In this document: one piece after another, positions 58,450 to 64,000 of the stretch
Layout of the letters: each line of letters starts with the position of its first letter
Position numbering within the stretch: the stretch's first letter is position 1
Source: Burkholderiaceae bacterium
GTDB taxonomy: Bacteria; Pseudomonadota; Gammaproteobacteria; Burkholderiales; Burkholderiaceae_E
Direction: 5' to 3'
DNA length: 64,000 nt
Assembly: GCA_021166725.1 (NCBI GenBank)
Contig: JAJPES010000012.1
Coordinates: forward strand, 14,635-78,634
The notes under the pieces: model-generated
Seen by the model: only the letters and a program-made list of their open reading frames with translations
Database searches by the model: none
Told to the model about the DNA's origin: nothing
Made by a program: the position numbers and the translations under genes

Positions 58450-58540
58450 GGATCTCGTTCACCCGGTCGATGTCGAAGCGGTCCGGATCGAACCGGTCGT
58501 CGCACCGCGTGAGCATGTCGCGATGTTCGGGATCCTGCAC
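58450..58540 (-). pseudogene. Fragment resembling the C-terminus of plasmid pRiA4b ORF-3 family proteins
   Basis: QDPEHRDML....FDPDRFDIDRVNE. Confidence 0.4.
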
Positions 58541-58552
58541 ATGTGCCGATCG

Positions 58553-59878
58553 GCCTCGAACTTCTCGTGTGATTCCAGCGGAAGCAGCCCCACTCCGCCC
58601 GCTGCGATCTCGCACAGTCGCATCCAGTAGCGCGCAGCATGTCCGTACGCTCGCGTGTATCCCCGCTCGAGGATCGCCATGAGCAGCGCCCCGGTACACG
58701 ACCGTTTCTCCGCGCAGTCGCTCACGCGCCTGCATCGCGCGGGCCAGCGGCACCAGTGCAGCGTAGTCGTCGCCGCGGATGCGAGCCGACTCGGCAAGCA
58801 GCATTGCCTCGGCCGCCTCGTCGTCGCCGATTTCGACGAGCAGCGTCGCCGCGGCTGCCGGATCGTCGTGTTCGAGCGCCATCCGGCGCGCTCGTTCCAA
58901 TGCAGCCGGGCGCGACGCCTCCGGAAGGTGCTCGAGCCAGCGATGCAGGTCGAACACGGAGACGGAGCGTTCGAACAGCGCCTGCCGGATCGGGGCGCTC
59001 TCGTCGTGCCGGCCGAGTCGGCCCAAGGCGTCGGCTTTCAAGGCCAGTCGCGTTTGTTCGATCCGCTCCCAGGGCTCCTGCAGCCAGGCAAGCGCGTCGG
59101 CCGGTCGGCCGGCTTCGAGGTACGCTCGGGCGAAGGACTCCTTTTGCAGTTCGTTGGGACGCGGGCTGTAGCGCAGCACGGCGCGCACATGGATGTCGGG
59201 GTCGCGCAGCGTCTGGGCCAGCAGCGACAGCGCGCCGGAGATCTGGAACACCTCGTGCGGCAGAGGGCCGCTTTCCGTCGACGAGGCCAGCGTGCTCTCC
59301 ATGCGCTGCTCGAATCGCGTCACCAGCGCGAGAAGGCCGGACTCGTCGAGCAGCAGGTCCGCGCGGCGCAGCAAGTCCTCGCGGCCGCCGTAGTCGTCGG
59401 CGCTGTACAGCTGCACGAGCCGATCCGGCCAGTGGTCCGCAATGCCTTCGCAAAGTGCAGCGGCCTGCAGCTAATGCCGGCAAGCGACGCGAACCGCGTT
59501 GCCGATGCTGCCGTCGGAATCGTCGGCGCGATCGAAGAACGCGTGATCGGCCTCGAGGAACGATTCGAAGAGCGCGAGCGCCGCGCGGGGATCCTTCGGC
59601 AACAACTCGCGAGCAACCTGCTCCAGCCACGTCTCGAGTTCGCGTGCGAACTCGGCCGCCTCGCGCAAGCCGAGGAAGCGCGTCGAGCGGCGCCACCCCG
59701 AGAGCGTCCTGCGAAAGCCGGACGCGAGCTTGTCCGGCCGATCGGCCAGCTGCAGTCGGGCGAGCCGGCTTCGAACCGATTCGTGGTCGTGCGCGAGTTC
59801 GAGCAGCACCGAAACGAGCGTGGACGCGTCCTGCTGCCGGAGGAAGGACTCCAGGTCGTCGCTGGGTGGATGAGCCAA
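58553..59878 (-). pseudogene. DUF6880-like helical-repeat protein pseudogene
   Basis: DDSDGSIG motif; in-frame TAG at 59471-59473 (H*LQAAA, probably Trp); +1 frameshift in the G run at 58689-58692 before ALL.AILERGY.RAYGHAARY; truncated C-terminus. Confidence 0.7.
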
Positions 59879-60183
59879 GGGCGTTCTATTGCCTTCCGAA
59901 GCGGCCGCCGATCGCGGCGGTGAACTCGAGCAACTCATGCAGACGATTATGGCTGGATCCCGCACGGCCGCGCCCAGTAACGCGCGGCACGTCCACGCTC
60001 GCGCGTATCCCCGCTCGAGGACGCGCGACAATCGGCCCTGATCGATCAGGAGATCCCCTGGACTCACGCCAGCCGAAGAAGGCGGCTATGTCGCGCTCAA
60101 CTCGGGGACCGGTACAACAACTCAGGGTGAGGCCGTCGAACAGGCGGTCCATCGCGGACGGTGCGCCGATCGTGGACGGCATC

Positions 60184-61299
60184 TCAAACTGATCGTAGAC
60201 GCCGTTTCACGCTGACCGTGGACGGCGTTTCACTTCGATCAGCTGATTCGCTACCGTCCGCCCGCGCCGGGTTCGTCACCTCCGGCGCATTCAGCAGCCA
60301 AGCGATCTCGCCTTTGTTCTGTATCCGCAACTTTGCATAAGCGCGACGCAGGTGATGGCGCACGGTCGCGGGCGAGTTGCCCAACCGTCGCGCGACGGCC
60401 TTGTAGGTCAGTCCTTCGCCGAACAGGCGCACGACCGACAACTCCTTCGGTGTCAGCAGATCGAGCGCGCACGGCGGGCGCGCCTGGATGACGAAGAGAT
60501 CGGCGATGCGCTCGGCACGCAGTGTCGTGTACGTTCCCACGAACGCAGCCACGCCCTCCACGAGCAGTGCGTGATTCAGGTTCGCGGGCAGTGTCCCGCC
60601 GCCCCACTGCGGCCATTCCATCAGCATCAGGTCGGCGAACGCGGAGTCGGCGTACTGGATCACGCCACGACCATCGCAGATCGCCACCGCTGTGCGGGGC
60701 CCCTGCGCAGCCATCTGCATCCGTTCGACGTGGTGCACGCGGTTCAGGTTCAGCGCCGCGGCGAAATGCGGCATCAGGTGGCGCATCATCTCGATGTCGC
60801 GTTCGCTATAGCGCGGCACCAGCCCGTTGCGATATAGCGAGAGGTGGGTCCATAACTTCAGCACCGGGTCGACGGCGACGCTGCACATCAGTTGCGCCAG
60901 GTCGTACTTGCCGCAGAAGCTGCGAAACGGTCCCGAAAGATCGTCCGCCATCGAGACGATCGCCGGGTTTCGCCGCTCGTCGGTGACCAGCGACACCAGC
61001 GGGTCATCCGCCTTGACTCGCTCCCAGTCGCTCACGAAGTCGTCGCCGAGGTCGCAGGTGTAGTTGTTGTGCATGATCGGCCCGCTGGCCATCATGGTCG
61101 ATCGGCCGAACCACGCACCGTCGAAAGCGACGTACTCGCCCACCAGCGTGAAAAGCTGGTCCTCGAACTCGCCGATTCGCGAGCCGATCGCGAGCTGGTA
61201 GAGGTCGAGCAGGCAACGGCTGACCAGCGTGGCGACAGGCTGCTCTGCCTGCGGTCCCGTATCGCCGACGCTCTCGCTCCAATCCGGATTGGAAGCCAT
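60184..61299 (-). CDS. LuxR-family HTH transcriptional regulator with N-terminal sensor domain
   Basis: C-terminal LTPKEL.V..L..EGLTYK.VA..LG.SPATVRHHL...YAKL; divergent from the HDAC gene. Confidence 0.88.
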   Translation of the reverse strand: MASNPDWSESVGDTGPQAEQPVATLVSRCLLDLYQLAIGSRIGEFEDQLFTLVGEYVAFDGAWFGRSTMMASGPIMHNNYTCDLGDDFVSDWERVKADDPLVSLVTDERRNPAIVSMADDLSGPFRSFCGKYDLAQLMCSVAVDPVLKLWTHLSLYRNGLVPRYSERDIEMMRHLMPHFAAALNLNRVHHVERMQMAAQGPRTAVAICDGRGVIQYADSAFADLMLMEWPQWGGGTLPANLNHALLVEGVAAFVGTYTTLRAERIADLFVIQARPPCALDLLTPKELSVVRLFGEGLTYKAVARRLGNSPATVRHHLRRAYAKLRIQNKGEIAWLLNAPEVTNPARADGSESADRSETPSTVSVKRRLRSV

Positions 61300-61378
61300 G
61301 GTCTCCGATCTGAATGTCGTTCTCCCGGTGTCGGCCAACCTACGCGTGCGAACGGGATTCCGCAACGGCACGGCGTCC

Positions 61379-61537
61379 ATCGTTCAAATGAACGATCGCC
61401 CACCCCATCGCCCCGATGTCGGCATGCGGCAGCGCAATAGACTCAACGGCGCGATCGTCGTCCCGATCCTGTGAGGCCGCCCTCCATACACATTCCGCAT
61501 CGCAGCACGCGTGCGCGCGCACGGCACATTTGAACGA
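61379..61537. promoter_or_regulatory. Candidate operator motifs for the LuxR regulator
   Basis: Palindrome ATCGTTCA-AA-TGAACGAT (61379-61396) and inverted copy CATTTGAACGA (61527-61537). Confidence 0.45.
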
Positions 61538-61612
61538 CTACGGCACCTGCGTTTCGGCGCCTAAGGTCGTGCCCTTGCGTCCGTGCGGCGCGCAGCGACC
61601 ATGGAATGAACG

Positions 61613-62725
61613 ATGTCCGGGCAGACCGCTTTCTTTCACGACGAAAAGTGTCTTTGGCACACCACCGGGGAACACGCCCTCGTGATGCCCGTGGGCGGGT
61701 GGGTTCAACCGATGGCATCGGGCGGCCACGCCGAATCGCCCGAATCGAAGCGGCGCGTGGTCTCGCTGATGCATGTATCGGGGCTGGCGGCGAAGCTGGG
61801 CGTGCGCTCGGCGCCGATGGCCGACGAGTCGGACTTGATGCGCGTGCATCCGCGCAGCTACCTCGACGCCTTCAAGGCGGCCTCCGACAGCGGTGGCGGA
61901 AACCTCGGTGACTTCGCGCCCTTCGGCCGCGGCAGCTACGAGATCGCGAAGCTATCGACGGGGCTGGCCATCCAGGCCGTGGACGACGTGCTCGCGGGCA
62001 GGTTCCGCAACGCCTACGCAATGACGCGGCCGCCGGGCCACCACTGCCTGCCGGATCGGTCGTGCGGCTTCTGCCTGCTGGCGAACGCCGCGGTTGCGGT
62101 GGAGACGGCGATCGCACGACACGGCCTGTCGCGTGTGGTCGTGCTCGACTGGGACGTGCACCACGGCAACGGCACGCAGGCGATCTTCTATGAACGCCCC
62201 GACGTGCTGACGATCTCGCTGCACCAGGAAGGATGCTTTCCGCCCGGCTACAGCGGATTCGAGGAACGCGGCGCAGGCGAGGGAACCGGGGCGAACCTCA
62301 ACATTCCGCTGCTGCCCGGTGGCGGAAGCGACGCATACCTGTATGCGATGAAGCGCATCGTCGAGCCGGCGATCGATCGGTATCGCCCCGAGCTGATCGT
62401 CGTTGCCAGCGGCTTCGACGCCAACGGCACCGACCCGATGGCGCGCATGCTGCTCGGTTCGCCGGCTTTCGTCGAGTTGACGCGCAGGACGATGGCACTC
62501 GCCGACAAGCACTGCAAGGGCCGCCTGGTCATGGTGCACGAGGGCGGGTACTCCGAAGCGCTGGTGCCGTTCTGCGCGCACGCGGTGATCGAAACGATGG
62601 CCGGTTGCACGATGGGCGTCGAAGACCCGTTTGCCGAACTGATCGAAGCGCAGCAACCGAAAGAGCGCTTCGCCGCCTTCCAGCGCGGCCTGATCGACGA
62701 GATGGCCCGATCCCTGGAATTCTGA
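61613..62725 (+). CDS. Class II histone deacetylase-like amidohydrolase (HDAH/PA3774 type)
   Basis: HAESPESKRR, RPPGHH, GFC, DWDVHHGNGTQ, SGFDA...DP, HEGGYS. Confidence 0.93.
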   Translation: MSGQTAFFHDEKCLWHTTGEHALVMPVGGWVQPMASGGHAESPESKRRVVSLMHVSGLAAKLGVRSAPMADESDLMRVHPRSYLDAFKAASDSGGGNLGDFAPFGRGSYEIAKLSTGLAIQAVDDVLAGRFRNAYAMTRPPGHHCLPDRSCGFCLLANAAVAVETAIARHGLSRVVVLDWDVHHGNGTQAIFYERPDVLTISLHQEGCFPPGYSGFEERGAGEGTGANLNIPLLPGGGSDAYLYAMKRIVEPAIDRYRPELIVVASGFDANGTDPMARMLLGSPAFVELTRRTMALADKHCKGRLVMVHEGGYSEALVPFCAHAVIETMAGCTMGVEDPFAELIEAQQPKERFAAFQRGLIDEMARSLEF

Positions 62726-62760
62726 ACCCGGCATCTAGCCCCCACAGAGGAGCGAGACGA

Positions 62761-63930
62761 ATGGAAGGAATCGACGTCAACGGCCGCAGCACGATCGTCA
62801 CGCTCGTGCTCCTGTCGGCAATCGCACCGGCGGTGCTGCTGCTCGCTCCCGCGATCGTGGGCGCCCTTGTCACCGGCTCGGGGATGTCGCCGCAGGCGGC
62901 CGGGCTCGTGCTCTCGGCCGAGCTCGCCGCCATGGCACTGGTCACGTTCTCCACGCTGTGGTGGATGCGCTTCTGGAACTGGCGCACCGCCCTACGCGTA
63001 TGCCTCGCAATCATGATCGTCGGCAACCTCGCGTCGGCGCAATTCGTCCAGTCCGGAACCATGCTGGCCGTCTGGCGCTTCGTCAGCGGGCTGGGTGCGG
63101 GCAGCGTGATCATCCTGTGCATGGTCACGATCGGCCAGACGCGCCAGCGCGAGCGCAACTACGGCTGGTTCGTCGTGGGGCAACTCGTGCTCGGTGCCGT
63201 CGGATTGAAAGTGCTGCCGGGGATTCTCCCGCACTACGGTCTCGGTTCGGTGTACCTGTTCCTGGCGGCCGTGAGCGCGCTGATGCTGCCGCTGGTGCGC
63301 TTCCTTCCCGAGGCGGGCGCTCAGGTGCCGGCGGCGGGCAACCGAGGGACGTACTGGCTGGTCGGCGTCGCCGGGCTCGCCGCGGTCATCCTGTTCTACG
63401 TCGCGCTGGGCGGCGTGTGGGCGTACGTCGAACGCATCGCAAACCAGGCGGGAATGGCGGCGCAGGACATCGGCAACGCGCTGACGATCGCGACGCTGTT
63501 CGGCATCGCGGGTTCGCTCGCGGCCACCTGGATCGGTGGACGCTGGGGCCGCCTGTCGCCGCTGGTGCTCGGCTACGTGATGCTGGGTGGGTCGATCGTG
63601 CTGATGCAGGCGCCGTTATCCGAGAACGCGTATCTCCTCGCTACCTCGGTGTTCAAGTTCGCCTGGACTTTCGCCCTGCCGTTCCTGCTCGCTTGCATCG
63701 CCACGCACGACGCCAGCGGCCGCCTGATGGTGTTCGCCAATTTCATGATCGGTGCCGGGCTGTCGATCGGCCCCGCGGCAGCCGGAGCGACGCTGGCCAC
63801 CGCGCCCGACTATTCGGGCGTGCTCATGCTCGGGGTTGCCGGGTGCATCCTGTCGTTTGTTTGCGCTTTGCCGGTCGTGCTTGGAACGCGTCGTAGCGAG
63901 GCGGCATTGCCGATACCGGATCGGGCGTGA
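62761..63930 (+). CDS. MFS transporter
   Basis: About 12 hydrophobic segments, WRFVSGLG, VWAYVERI; AGAGGAG RBS; co-oriented with the HDAC gene. Confidence 0.85.
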   Translation: MEGIDVNGRSTIVTLVLLSAIAPAVLLLAPAIVGALVTGSGMSPQAAGLVLSAELAAMALVTFSTLWWMRFWNWRTALRVCLAIMIVGNLASAQFVQSGTMLAVWRFVSGLGAGSVIILCMVTIGQTRQRERNYGWFVVGQLVLGAVGLKVLPGILPHYGLGSVYLFLAAVSALMLPLVRFLPEAGAQVPAAGNRGTYWLVGVAGLAAVILFYVALGGVWAYVERIANQAGMAAQDIGNALTIATLFGIAGSLAATWIGGRWGRLSPLVLGYVMLGGSIVLMQAPLSENAYLLATSVFKFAWTFALPFLLACIATHDASGRLMVFANFMIGAGLSIGPAAAGATLATAPDYSGVLMLGVAGCILSFVCALPVVLGTRRSEAALPIPDRA

Positions 63931-64000
63931 GGGTCTTCGTATTCATCGCAATGTGAAGGCGCGCCTTCTTCATCTTCGTTAGCGATACCGTGGCCTCCGA

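Noticed and set aside
54608-60180. Integron cassette array (TA genes and small ORFs; GGCTAAC near 54630)
   Set aside because: No complete attC (paired RYYYAAC/GTTRRRY), no intI, and mixed gene orientations

Overview
GC-rich betaproteobacterial (Burkholderiales-like) chromosomal window. It contains an mdtAB-C efflux operon, a gentisate dioxygenase/hydrolase pair and the conserved topB-dprA-lysM-def-fmt-htpX-rsmB-DUF4390-ntrY-ntrX-trkA...trkH backbone, with a TRAP transporter/amidase module lying between trkA and trkH. Further along are a carbamoyltransferase / DMFase-beta-like amidohydrolase / two-domain glycosyltransferase operon, a PEP-CTERM-like protein with a sigma54-type promoter, a large lipoprotein plus outer-membrane barrel pair, a decayed toxin-antitoxin/pseudogene region (54.6-60.1 kb) and a LuxR-HDAC-MFS locus. 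Most unusual observations: (1) MdtC is fused in frame, through an internal lipoprotein signal peptide, to its outer-membrane factor (1498 aa); (2) the three-gene carbamoyltransferase operon; (3) an IS630-like MITE with perfect 33-bp inverted repeats that appears to supply the start codon of the NtrY-like kinase, plus two shorter elements that also begin at TAG stop codons; (4) a lipoprotein whose best start codon is ATT. No rRNA, tRNA, CRISPR array or intact transposase/integrase was seen. All product calls come from motif recognition by eye, not from database searches.
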